64,000 nucleotides of DNA, taken from assembly GCA_032718475.1 (NCBI GenBank), contig JAUCBJ010001841.1, forward strand, positions 49,755 to 113,754, written 5' to 3'. The DNA is from Nemertoderma westbladi. Taxonomy: Eukaryota > Animalia > Xenacoelomorpha. Shown one piece after another: positions 1 through 11,729 of the stretch (within the stretch, counting starts at the first letter, position 1; each line of letters starts with the position of its first letter). The notes below the pieces were generated by a model. It was not told the DNA's origin and ran no database searches. It saw nothing but the letters and a program-made list of their open reading frames with translations. A program made the position numbers and the translations under genes.

Positions 1-2824
1 TCTCGTTGGAAAAGTCTATAATCCCGCTGCTAAGAAACTTTCGGGGCACCATTAATTTCGCATACAAATACCTAGCTATGTTAGTCCTATTACCATACCT
101 GATGTTTAGTGTATCCCAAACTTGTCTTAATCCATCTGGATGTCCAATAAACTTTAACGCCATTAACTTGGGAGGTCCTTCCAAGCACTCGATGAGGAAT
201 CTAAGTTTCTCTACGTTAGATAGTACATAGTTCTGTATGTTATCTTTATAATATTCATTAAAAGGTAACCATCTCATCTCATCTCCATTGAACTTGACGA
301 TCTCTCCCACCTTTACCGCTTGACGGGCTTCGGTTCTAGCCATTTGACGCGTAAAAATTTCTTGGGCCATCATATTATTTAATATCGAGTTATCGGTATA
401 TAAATTTCTCGGATTATGATCAGGTCTATATGGAATATCATTATCAACAGGTTTATAATTATCCTTAATAGGGTTTACTATAGGAGTTTCTACTTCACTA
501 GCAGTATAGATGTATGTAGGCTCCACACCTTGCGCATGAAATACTTCAGACCTAACAGGTTGACACATTGTTACAGGGGGTGGTGGTATACCCCTTTGGA
601 TATTTACCAATTTATCGCGTTCTAACGCGATACTCTGCTGCACTTCTTGTAACTCTAACCTACCTTCTCTTACTGTTCCCTTTAACTGTTGAACAGTCCC
701 TTCCAACTCTCGGACCTGTTGGGAGGAACGTTCCCTATGTTCCTCCATCTGCCCGAGCAGGAGATCCATCCCCCGCCGTCTCTCATCCACCCACTTGACC
801 GCCGAAGCGGGAGCCGCCAACATAGTAGCGGGCAGACGAGGGACGACGGGCGATAAATCGTTGATGTCTCGCTCGGCGTCCAGGACCGGAATTGACTCAG
901 GGGCTGTTCTACTGGGCACAGGTAGTTTAGTGCTGTGCAAAGGGAATTTAGAGTTAGGTTCTGGAAGTACAGGGGTCTCCATCACAGAGGGGGTGGCTTC
1001 GAGAACAGGCCTAATTATTTCAGGCTCATCTACTATAGTAGGGAGTCTTTCTACTCTAATAATTTGGTCTGTGTGTTCTGTACTACCTAAGTCTGCACTA
1101 GCTAGTTGCCTTCTTACAGCTGGGGGCAAATTAGGCAATTTCTGACGGTGGGGCGTTCTTCTACGTCTGCTGGAACGAGATCTATTTCTTCCGCCTTCAG
1201 GATCTGTTGTATCGCCTTCATCAGATAATGTAAATCCCTGTCTCTTGGGAGTAGATCGACTTATCATCTGCATATGACTAGCTGTTCTCTGTTTATTTAA
1301 GTAGTCTTGCGTCTCTTGAAGATTTTCCAACTCTAGTTGGACTGTCTCTTCAGATGCCCTCCGTTCGGCTGCTGCCACTACCTCTGCCGCTTTTCTTTCC
1401 GCTTCTACCACTGCCTCTGCCACTTTTCTTTCCGCTTCTGCCGCTGCCTCTGCCGCTTTTCTTTCCGCTTCTACCGCTGCCTCTGCCGCTTTTCTTTCCG
1501 CTTCTACCGCTGCCTCTGCCGCTTTTCTTTCAGCTTCTAACGCTGCCTCTGCCGCTTTTCTTTCCGCTTCTAACGCTGCCTCTGCCGCTTTTCTTTCCGC
1601 TTCTGCCGCTGCCACTGCCACTGCCGTTGCCGCCGCTGCTGCTGTCTTTCTGTCTTCTATCTGTTTTTTCTTTAATTGTTCTTCCTGTTCCCTAGCGATG
1701 AGGATTCTTTCATCAAATTTAGCCTGATCCGCGGCTAACATTTCCGCATCTAATGAGTCTAACACAAATTTGGCTCCCTCACTATTAGGGTGAAGTCCAG
1801 CTAGCCGTCTCCTCAACTCTTTGTTACCTATAAATCGTTGATAGTCCGACAGATAGATGTCAATAGCGTCCTTCTTCTGAGGTTTCTCGGATGTAACATC
1901 GCTTTCCACCTGAGAAAAGGTAGCGTCTGTTGATTCTCCGTGGATCGCACGCTCAGTTAGCTGAATTTTCCATTGGGTTGTTCCTTGGACTTTAAGACTC
2001 ACCCGTTGGAACCAAGTCTTTACGGCAACTTGCAACGACATGTCTTGGCTTCTCTTCGAGGCTTCCTCAAAGGCTGAAAGGATTAGTCTGATCCGTAAGA
2101 TTCGTTCTCTAACTTGATAAAGTAGCTCTCCCTGCCCTTGAGGTCCTTGGGGTTGTTGAAACAGTTCTTCCTCTAATCGCTCCAAAGAGCTGAAGAATCC
2201 CTGTACATAACCTGCTGCCGACCTCTTCCACACAGCTGGATCTCTAGTGTCCTTTACCACTCCCATCCTGTATAAGTCCTCCCAGGCAGCTTCCGATAAG
2301 TTAAACGGGAGTCCGGGTCCGGGGAAGTTCCATTGCGTCTCGACAATAGACTTCAGTTCCTCCATTGTGTATCCCGCATAACTGTCCTTGGTCGATCGCT
2401 TACTTCTCGCCCAATCGATTTGATGTTCCTCCACCGCAATCAATACCCTAGTGAGTACGGCTTCAGGAAGAATGAGAAGTGGATCCGAATAAACTGCTTC
2501 TGCCATCTTTGCTCCGCGCTCGGGTGTCAACTCTACAGTATCTGAACTACTGGAGCTATCGGGCCGCTGAGAAATAAGTTCTCGGTTCGGGTGTTGCTGC
2601 TGTTTAACAGCTGCCTCTTGGTCCCGCTTGACTTGAGCCCGAGTGCCTATGATAGACCTACGGTGCTTTACTAGCCTAGGTTCTGATACTACTACTGGAG
2701 GGATGACCTTTCTTACAGTAGGAGGGGACTTGGACTTTGGTCTCAAATGTTCGGCACTCCTATCGGAGTCGCAGACTGTTCTTTCTAGGAGACTATCTGA
2801 CAGAGTTTGCTTTGTGTCAGCCAT
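1..2824 (-). mobile_element. BEL/Pao LTR retrotransposon gag(-pol) ORF, N-terminal ~941 aa, running off the window start
   Basis: ATG at 2824 (MADTKQTLSDSLL...). The track lists no minus-strand ORF here, consistent with a frame that stays open to position 1. Near the edge it reads KFNGDEMRWLPF...LSNVEKLRFLIECLEGPPK...VWDTLNIRYGN, the DUF1759-type gag motif of BEL/Pao elements. Confidence 0.85.
1365..1625 (-). repeat. 33-bp coding tandem repeat in gag, (EAERKAAEAAx)n, probable coiled coil
   Basis: About 7 copies of ctgccgcttttctttccgcttctaccgctgcct-like units, in frame with gag. Confidence 0.85.
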
Positions 2825-2959
2825 GTTTGATTGTACAGTTGAATGCCTACTACCATTACTATAAACGAAAGTTAAAGCAAGTCTAGTAATTCAGTATCAA
2901 CTGTAAGCCTGGTAATTAATTACCGATATCGTTACTCAATGTAACACAATATATATATA

Positions 2960-3235
2960 TAATATATTAGGATACCGGTATACACTTATAGTATATATAT
3001 ATAAGTATTATTACAGACTAGGATTGATTAGTCACAGAATACCGGTATATAATTTAAGCATAAATATATAGAAATATATATAATAAGCCTACTGTAAATA
3101 CCGGTATACAGCATACACTTATAGTATATATAAGTATGATTATAGACTAGAATTAATTACAGAATACCGGTATATAATTTCAGCTTAAATTTATAGAAAT
3201 AAATATAATAAGCCTATCGTAAATACCGGTAATGT
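2960..3235. repeat. Imperfect ~120-130 bp tandem duplication in the LTR element 5' leader
   Basis: Two copies of atacacttatagtatata...acagaataccggtatataattt...aataagccta...aaataccggta. Confidence 0.65.
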
Positions 3236-5049
3236 TAATTATTTTACGATGCCTAAATTTCTAAATTTTAGGGTTACTTTCCTTTACTTTATTACTGTTA
3301 TTAAGCAGTAGTCCAACTGATATTAAGACCTAATTGATGTATAACAGGCCTACTATTTTATAAATCGGTTTGAGTTGATTTATAATATATTATGTACCCG
3401 TACAAGGGTTTTGTCAATATTTGAAATAAATGTTATTATTTCCAAGTAAGGTGTCACTACACAGACGCGGAACGCTCTCAGTGGAGTGCTATCTGTTAGA
3501 CACTAAAACGAATAATTCTACTTTACTAAGTTACTTATTACTACAAATTACGTACAATTACTGTGTAGGATTACAATTTCTAAATAAACACCAAAAGTTA
3601 CACATACAAATTTCAGGGTAATTTTACAGGAATCTACAAACCAGCCTAATAAGGAGTTAGAATTTCTGGTTCTTACAAACGGACAGGATACTACGGTATT
3701 TGAAAATAATTAAGCAGTAGTAAATAAATTGTGTTGTCCAGATAAGAAAATACCACCGTCTGACGACTTATAGTCTTTAGCTCTACAGCTCTATAAGTAC
3801 TACGTTATGTACCCGGAGTGTCCTTACCTAAAAGTTAATTACCGCAGCCAACCAGAGCTAACGTGCCTATTAACCACTTTACAACACAAATATACTGCCT
3901 ACACACTAATTACTTTCGGAAAGCACTGTACACTAAACCCTAAATTAGGTACAAATACTTATACAACAAATAACCAGCAGTTAAATATACTTGTACAGCT
4001 AAAAGAACCACGGTATCTGCTGGAGTGACTAGAGAATAAAATCACCAATCTTTACCTACGCCAAGCAGCCCTGATGTAGTACCGGGGTTAATTTAACTAT
4101 AACGGTATGTATAACAAGCATAATTACTTTAGGAATAAACTTAGGGAGTTATGTAGGTTGCGAATACTCGCATAAACTCTGAATAATAAATAAATACGCT
4201 ACCCGTGCAGACTACACAAACAAAAATACAGACCAAACGCTGGCAGACTACTGTCAAGCCTAAATAAACTACAGTATATGCAGACTCCGAAATGGTTAGT
4301 TAGTATGCGTTCTAACCAAGTAGTATGACTTATTCTTTCGGGGGGGATTTACCTTACAACACTGGATGCCCCCACCTTCCTAACTAGCACTTTATCGGAC
4401 AGACACTCTACACACACTGCAGTCTCTTCAGACCTAACAACAGCCAGACAACAATCCAGCCTACAAATTATCTGTACAATTTGAGCGGGCTTACACGCCT
4501 TCTGCTCAATATTACACTTACAGATAAATAAAACTGACAGAAATAAGTAAACCATACAAAGGAATAAGGGGTGATCAATCCCTAATCCCCTAACAGCCTA
4601 CAATATACAATATATCTCAATCGAACTAATACTGGTACCTGTAAGTACCGGTTCGGGTAGTTGGGCAGTTAGGCCTACAGTTTACCGTCCGACCGGTACA
4701 TTCGAATTTATTGCCTACGTGCAATCAAGAATAAAAACTATTAATGTTCGCGCTTTTAGACCTTTAGCAGTTTAACCTGCCAATTTTAATTGTCTTTTTG
4801 TATATCAATTATTTAATGTACTGAAGTTACATCAGCCGAAGCCAGCCTGTGCGCGACCATTCACCCACAGTTAAGGGAGACTGGATTCGGATGCTTTGAT
4901 AGTGATTGCAGTGTAGACCTACTGTATTATTCGATTGATATTTAATATATAATCTCTGACAATATATTTACTTTCGGGGAAATATTAACAGTTCCTTTAG
5001 GACGTGGCGCTTTAAGTATAAAACAGAGTTATGACTTATACTAATCACA

Positions 5050-5946
5050 ACTGGATGGCTACTGAGTTTCGTAAAAAGCGCATTCTTTAGGAGATGCTTT
5101 ATTAACCTTCACACTACTTCACACGACTTCACACTACTTCACACTACTGCGCACTGATCTGCCGACCGTCACTGAATTTGATCATATATAAGGAGGATCG
5201 CAACTGACACATGTAGGGATCATGAAATAGTATTTAATTCACACAAAAACCACTATAATGTAAGTCGCAGTTGCTACTCTCGCAGTACTATTCCTCTAAC
5301 CTTCAGTAATCAAGAAGATTGGGGGTTTTATGATTATTCATCGGTATTCTCCAAATATATCAGCAATATACACCAATTAACCATAATTAATAACAGAAGT
5401 AAAATAATGCGGTGAACAGTCAGTATGTGTTACTGATGCAGTGTTCCATGTGCAGCAATGTTGACTTGCGGTGTGATGCAGTGTGCTGCGTAGTTGAATT
5501 GCGTTGCGTTAATAGTTTTACGTTCTTGTAATCAAAGCCATCTGATGTTTCTGATGTTTAGGTCAAAGTCTGAAACTTCCAACACAGAAGTACAGAAGAA
5601 TTTCCAAGCAGTTCTCTCGCTCAGAAAGGTAAACAAAGACCGTAATGCATTGTGCGGTTTTCCGTAGGCCTCTGTACAAGATAAAATGAAAATCGCTCTG
5701 ATTGGCTGAGCTGAGCGAGCTGAACAAAGAGATGTTCCACGTTTACAGTAAATCAGCTGACAGATTTCGTCATCTGAGTTCCAGTCTTTTAGAGTATTAG
5801 GCGCATTGCGGCAGAAAATGGCTTGTTATGTCCGCTAAAACACTCACACGGTACATTGCGGAGAAAATGGCTTGTTATGTCCGCTAAAACACCAACACGG
5901 TATATTGCGGAGAAAATGACTTGTTATATCCGCAAAAGCTTTTACA
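5050..5946 (-). mobile_element. Probable LTR of the BEL/Pao element (start 5946, 3' end not fixed)
   Basis: On the minus strand a PPT-like CTGGGAGCGG precedes TGTAAAAGC at 5946. Three ~49-bp tandem units follow (5805-5946), then a TATA-like TTATATAT (~5190), an Inr-like TCAGT (~5174) and AATAAA (5103-5098). The PBS was not located. Confidence 0.55.
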
Positions 5947-6024
5947 CCGCTCCCAGAAAATGGGATTTAATTCTATAAAATATAAAAAATCACAGTTTCT
6001 AAAATATAAAAATACTCTAAACAG

Positions 6025-6531
6025 TTAGTCCTTCTTACGCGAACGGCGTTTACGCAGTTTTTTGAGGCTAGCAAGAGTCCTTTTCTCTTTGGGGCGAGCC
6101 ACTTTACTAGGAGGGCTATAACTCCTGGGTGAAGGGTGCAATACAATTGCATCGGAAGGTTTAGGGTTACGGTCGGTGTATCCGCCGGTCGAGGTACCCG
6201 GTTGATCGGTATCAACCTCAGTGGAACGAGGTCGAACAACCTTGAGAGCGCATTTTAAGACAGCAGCTCTTACTGGTCCCTGACGGGTCGTTTGCACGAG
6301 AGCGGTAGGCGGACCATGAGTAGTGAGAAATTTCCTCGGTTTGATGGTTCTTTCCAACTCGCGTTCTCGGGCTCTGTCGAAATCGATATGCTTCTCCTCG
6401 AGCTGATTTTCCTCCGCTTGTCGTTGGAAGCATTCGTCCAAAACTCTTTCAGAGAGTAGGGTCGTCCAAGTTCGATATCTTCTTAGAGATTCTGGAGAAA
6501 ATGACTTGTTATATCCGCAAAAGCTTTTACA
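6025..6531 (-). mobile_element. Second LTR start (38 bp) fused to a probable pol C-terminal fragment of an upstream, deleted BEL/Pao unit
   Basis: 6494-6531 repeats 5909-5946. ORF 6441-6025 contains RQGPVRAAVLKCALKV, resembling the RxxRxAAxxA tail of BEL/Pao pol, and ends just before the PPT. Confidence 0.5.
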
Positions 6532-6960
6532 GGGCTAATGGGGGCTGGTTGTAAATGGGTGGGGTTGGGGGGTAGGGAAGGTTTAGGAGAAGTTGTACTG
6601 TAGGTAGTCAGTCTTGGATTTCTGCAAGATTGGGTGATGAGGGATTAGTTATGCGATTTGTAAGATTGTCTAGCGTTTACGTACGGATTCAAGTTCCTGT
6701 TGTGGTCGGTCAGGAGTAATATGAACATATTGATTTATATGGTTAGACAACTCGATATCGAAGGTATTGCTACCACCGTACAGGGAGTTTAGAATTTTCC
6801 ATTTCTCATCTTCAGATTTCAGAGTTACGACAACCTTGTTTTCAGCTTGAACGGACCATAAATTACGGACCATAAATTACGAAATGAGAGAATGATTTTA
6901 CTATCAGAGATTTCGCCCTCTAGCGGCAGACTGAAGAACTGCAGACGGATATATCCTCCT
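6532..6960 (-). mobile_element. Degenerate LINE ORF1-like fragment, the probable insertion target of the LTR element
   Basis: VVVTLKSEDEKWKIL...YVHITPDRPQQELE resembles the C-terminal part of CR1-type ORF1 proteins; weak similarity by eye. Confidence 0.35.
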
Positions 6961-7075
6961 TTGAAAGACACAGCTGACAGTCTAGTAAATATCGGTCAAG
7001 TCTCAACTTGAAGGGAAGAAAAGCAAAGAAATGGGGGACATATATTGTTTAGATATGTTGCCCCAAAGATTACAC

Positions 7076-7870
7076 CATTTTGTTGGGCACAGCTTTTGCA
7101 AAGTCGGCAATGACGACCAGGTGGGATCGAACTGGTGAACTCCGGGTTGGAAGTCTGACGCTCTAAACCATTCAGCTAGCGGCCCAGGTAAAAGATAGAC
7201 CTGGAAATACTATCTGATACCTTGTTTATCAGCAATTTACCTCCTCATGGCCCCATCTGTTAATACCATCAAATGGTGCCACTGTGCTCAACCCTACCGT
7301 ACTTGGCCGTCTATATAACCACTCGCTACAATGAAAGGGTAGTGTACATTTAACCGTGAACCATCACAGCCACAATGATTATAATAAACATTCTAGCTAC
7401 TAATTTAGGCAGGTCAGTTACACCTATAGAGAATTGCGACCGGTAGATTTATAAATTATTATTGGTGTTATGGGTGAATGAATGGTTTCATATTATTATA
7501 ACTTTTTGTTGGGCACAGCTTTTGCAAAGTCGGCAATGACGTCCAGCTGGGATCGAACTGGTAACCTCCGGGTTGGAAGTCTGATGCTCTAACCATTGAA
7601 CATTGAGCACAGTGGCAGCATTTGATGGTATTGACAGATGGGAGGTCATGAGGAGGTAAATTGCGGACATACAAGGTATCAGATAGTAATTCCAGGTCTA
7701 TCTTTTACCTGAGCCGCTAGCTAAATGGTTAGAGCGTCAGACTTCCAACCCGGAGGTCAGGTCACCAGTTCGATCCCACCTGGACGTCATTGCCGACTTT
7801 GCAAAAGCTGTGCCCAACAAAAAGTTACAATAATATGAAACCACTCATTCACCCATAACACCAATAATAA
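7076..7870. mobile_element. tRNA-derived palindromic element, family 1 (partial copy 7078-7290 plus full palindrome 7456-7870)
   Basis: ~145-bp inverted arms at 7456-7597 and 7724-7870. A-box TAGCTAAATGG at 7718-7728, B-box GTTCGATCC at 7768-7776, anticodon-like CTTCCAA. The 11-bp direct repeat aaagattacac lies at 7065-7075 and 7869-7879. Confidence 0.75.
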
Positions 7871-8175
7871 AGATTACACTGACAGACAGACACGAGGTTG
7901 AGATAGTTGTACCTGGTACACGTATGCTAAGCTCACTTACTTTCGTGGCTCGCTCCACAATTCTGAAATTATTTCAAACATTTAATTTGAAACTGATGGT
8001 CTACTGGTATAGCAAAATCGAGGTACCGGTACCGGCAAACTGGTGAGGTGACGTGCCTAAAAATTATCAACAAAACAATTTTGCCAGATTGTCCTATACA
8101 ACTTTAACTGATTACCGGTACCGGTACCGGTACTGGATTAATTTAGTATAAATTCGACGTTGGACGTTTGATGCG

Positions 8176-10037
8176 ATGGATAAGGAACACGACGAATTAT
8201 CGAGTAAAATGGACGAGGCTTGGCGGATTCGGCAAGGGACGCCGTCTGGTGTGTGCACCGTTATAGAACCCACCCCTTTAAACACCCCTCAACCCACCAA
8301 CACCATCCGCTTCGTATGCATTTCCGACACACATAATTGGTTGGAGGCAACCGAGGTGCTAGCCAGAATCCCCGATGGGGACGTGTTGATTCACGCCGGT
8401 GACTTTACCAGAGGCGGTTCTATCCCAGAACTAGTCGCATTCAACCGCGCCTTGGCAACTCTTTCGCACCCACACAAACTGGTTATAGCGGGAAACCATG
8501 ATATGTGTTTGGATGAAAAAGAAGCTCGCTTCCAACATCTTAGACGGACAGGTGGTCGTACTTGTAAATCACCAATATCATCATTATTAACGTCTTGTAC
8601 GTACTTAGAAAACCGATTGGTTGTCGTTCACGGGTATAATATATATGGCTCACCTTACACACCCGCATACTACTCCATGGGGTTCAATAAAGAGAGGGGG
8701 CGGGAAATTCTTAATGTTTGGAATACAATTCCCGATAGTGTGGATATCCTGGTCACCCACGGGCCACCTTTAGGCCACGGGGATGAGGTCTGTCACAGCT
8801 TCGATCCACACAAAAGGGCGGGTTGTGTTGACCTGCTGAATAGGTGAGAGTATTTTCTGACAGGATTAAATTGATTTCATTACCCAATGAAGAGCTCGTT
8901 GGCATAAACCTAAACCAAATCCACTTTACTTCTTTAAATTGTATAAAACTTAAATTTATTGTATTGATGCTTAATATTAGATTTATTCGGCTTTTAGCCG
9001 TTTTTTGACTTTATTTTCACCAGAGCTTTATATGGATGTCCCTCACTTCGGCGAAACGCAAACCGCCCAAAGCATCAATGACAACTACTACTGCCTGACT
9101 TCCGCTAGTCGAAGCGTCATAGCTCATTAATAGCATCGTTATTCGTGGCCTATTATGGAGACTCTCGCCAGATAGACTCCTTAGATAGACTCCTCCAGAT
9201 AGTCTCAGTATCAGTTTACTGTGTGGTCACATTCTTGACGCTTTTATTTTGATTCCAGAACTTTATCTTGTGATGCATTGATGTTCAAAAGCAACATATG
9301 TATGTACCACTGGCATGTTAAGGTCCGTCTCAGCGAAAATTTCCAAAATTTAGTTGGCTGTTATAACATTTTTACCTGGCGTAATTTTGGATGCTCCGGC
9401 TTGGAATTCTTTATTAGATACTGCAGTACTGCGCAGGTAAAATACCATTCAACATTACAATAGGGTCTGAGTTGGGGACTTCCCTCGTTACTAGAACTCT
9501 GATGATGAAAACACTGCTGCTGATGGCCCTAGTGGCAGAATTATATTAATTATTTTATTTAAAGAAGGTATAAGTTTTAGCAACAAGGGAAGTCCCCAAT
9601 TCAGACCCTATTGTAATGTTGAATTAACCCCTCAAAGTCGGTTTGCCGGTACCTTAAGAAAATACCATACAAACAGCTATAAAAATATAAATTGCAAAGT
9701 TTAAATTTAAAATAATAAATTGTGTTTTTTTCTTACAAAAGTCATTTAATATCTCAAAAGTTACCCTTTATTAGAAGGGTATTAAGTGATGAGGCATTTA
9801 AATTGACTAATTATATGCCGGCATAGTGTATTCGATCAGGAAATACTCTCGCCTCCTCGAAACAGTATTCAGCGTCGGATAAAGCCGAAATACCACGTCT
9901 GTGGTCACATCCACGAGGGTCACGGTGTCACCAGCGACGGTCACACTATCTATATCAACGCCGCTGTTTGCGACTACCAATACCGGCCAATAAACAATGC
10001 TGTCATATTCGACCTACCACAATTACAGACTCAATGA
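8176..10037 (+). CDS. MPPED2: Metallophosphoesterase domain-containing protein (MPPED1/2 family), 2 exons: 8176-8843, 9866-10037; 279 aa
   Basis: Motifs SDTH, HAGDFT, IAGNHD, LVTHGPP and GHIHE. Donor AG|gtgaga at 8843/8844 and acceptor aacag|T at 9865/9866 join in frame (...DLLNS IQRRIKPKYHVCGHIHEGHG...). TGA at 10035-10037. The paralog number cannot be resolved. Confidence 0.92.
9447..9623. repeat. Foldback element (~50-bp imperfect inverted arms) in the MPPED intron
   Basis: ttcaacattacaatagggtctgagttggggacttccct ... agggaagtccccaattcagaccctattgtaatgttgaa. Confidence 0.8.
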
Positions 10038-10369
10038 AATTGTTCATAATAATTTCGAAAATTTATTTGATTTAATTATTATTATTTTGCTTTCATTTAA
10101 TTTGTAATATAATTTATAATATTTTGTTATTTAAATATTTATTTTTATTTATACTTGTAATATATTTAACATATTTAAATATTGACATTATCGTGAATAA
10201 AATCGTATATATGCATAAGTAGGTAGGCCTACTAACTGTATACTGAAGAAACCAGTGCACTGCGAGCGCTGTAGGAATTTCGTGAACGTGTATTGTTTTA
10301 ACCGAATTTGTACCATAACTCTTATACTGCATAACTAGATTATATTAAAAAGCCTTAAAATAATAATTG

Positions 10370-10737
10370 ATAAATAATAAGTGAATCGTTGTGGGGTGAA
10401 TGACGGTGAATTAAATATATAATGTAATAGGACTATATGTTAATGCTCTCCATAGCGAAAAATATCAACCGACCCTATTGCGGCTTGAACCCGGTACCTA
10501 GGTTTCAAACTTCCGGTTATCATCAGTTGTACTTTCCTTTGAGTGATTAGTTGTCTAAATATGATATCCCACTCCATAGCGAAATCTTCAACCGTCCTGG
10601 TAGCTCAGTATACAGACTCGGCTGATGATAACCGGAAGTTTGAAACCTAGGTACCGGTTTCAAGCCACAATAGGCAGTAGGGTCGGTTGATATTTTTCGC
10701 TATGGAGAGCATTAACATATTGACCTATTACATTATA
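10370..10737. mobile_element. tRNA-derived palindromic element, family 2, with a hammerhead-like core
   Basis: Inverted arms at ~10416-10527 and 10621-10738. A-box TAGCTCAGT at 10601, B-box-like GGTTTCAAGCC at ~10656. The 14-bp direct repeat taaaataataattg lies at 10356-10369 and 10738-10751. Confidence 0.7.
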
Positions 10738-10793
10738 TAAAATAATAATTGTATGGTATGGGTTCTATTGTTAAGGGTGAGTTGGGTAGTTCC

Positions 10794-11729
10794 CAGGGGC
10801 GGATCCAGGGATTTGCTAAGGGAGGGGCTGAGGTGGACCAAAATCAGAGGCCGAGGGCAACAATTCTAACTAAGCGAGGCCCTCCCTCGTGGTGGATTAT
10901 TAGTTTTAGTTAAGGGAGGATGGGGTATTAGCGCTCCATATTTTGGATCCTTATTTTTATGATCTCCTCCTATGGTGTGGCGAATTTAATGGAGATTCCA
11001 AATCAGAAGGCTATTTTCTGATATCTATTATCAACCTACCTCATTTGACTATATATTTGATATTATACGCCCGACACTATGCCGGCTCTATCATCTATAC
11101 TCGTGACTCCATACAGGGTTGGATTTGGTTATCTATGTTTATGAAACGCAGACATTGCTAACATGGTGGATTTCGATCAATGGTGAATATTCACTAAATG
11201 GGAAAATAATTTGGGAAGCTAGTACTAAGAGCTTGGTGGCTTAGATTTGAAGGGCTACAACACCACAATGTTTATTTATGTAATATAGGTCAAATATAGG
11301 GTACATCTAAAAAAAACATTTATGTAATATAGGTCAAATATACAGTACATCTAAAAACAATACTTTGTTTTTAGCTAAAACAGCTTTTTTTTCCAAAATT
11401 TTAGCGAAAAAAAAATTAAGAACTTTTGACTCTACATTTTTATCAATAATAGCTGATGGTCCAGCGTTGGTTGTTAAGAATGAGCACCAGTTGTATGTTG
11501 GTACTGAGACTGACTGACCTATAAAGAAGTTGGGCATTTGCAATAAGCTCCCCCAATATTGAATATAGTCAAGTGTGTGTTTTCCTAATTATGTATTACT
11601 GAACGTGGGTATATAATTACATTATTATAAGTCAAAGCGGATCCTCGTTTACTTAATGGTCTGGTCTGGTCATGACTCAAGGGAAAGGGCTATAGAGCCC
11701 CCTCAGAGCCCCCTGTGGATCCGCGCCTG
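10794..11729. mobile_element. Non-autonomous hAT-type DNA transposon
   Basis: TIRs CAGGGGCGGATCCAG and CTGTGGATCCGCGCCTG, with an exact 8-bp TSD gtagttcc at 10786-10793 and 11730-11737. Confidence 0.85.

Noticed and set aside
1337-1695. Leu/Pro/Phe-rich and Cys/Arg-rich + strand ORFs
   Set aside because: Antisense readings of the 33-bp gag repeat.
6843-6860. TGGTCCGTTCAAGCTGAA (minus) as a tRNA-Tyr primer binding site
   Set aside because: It has several mismatches and lies outside the element, upstream of the LTR start.
7712-7790. Functional tRNA genes here and at 10594 and 30340
   Set aside because: A and B boxes are present but acceptor and anticodon stems are broken, and each sits in a repeat arm; treated as SINE-like heads.
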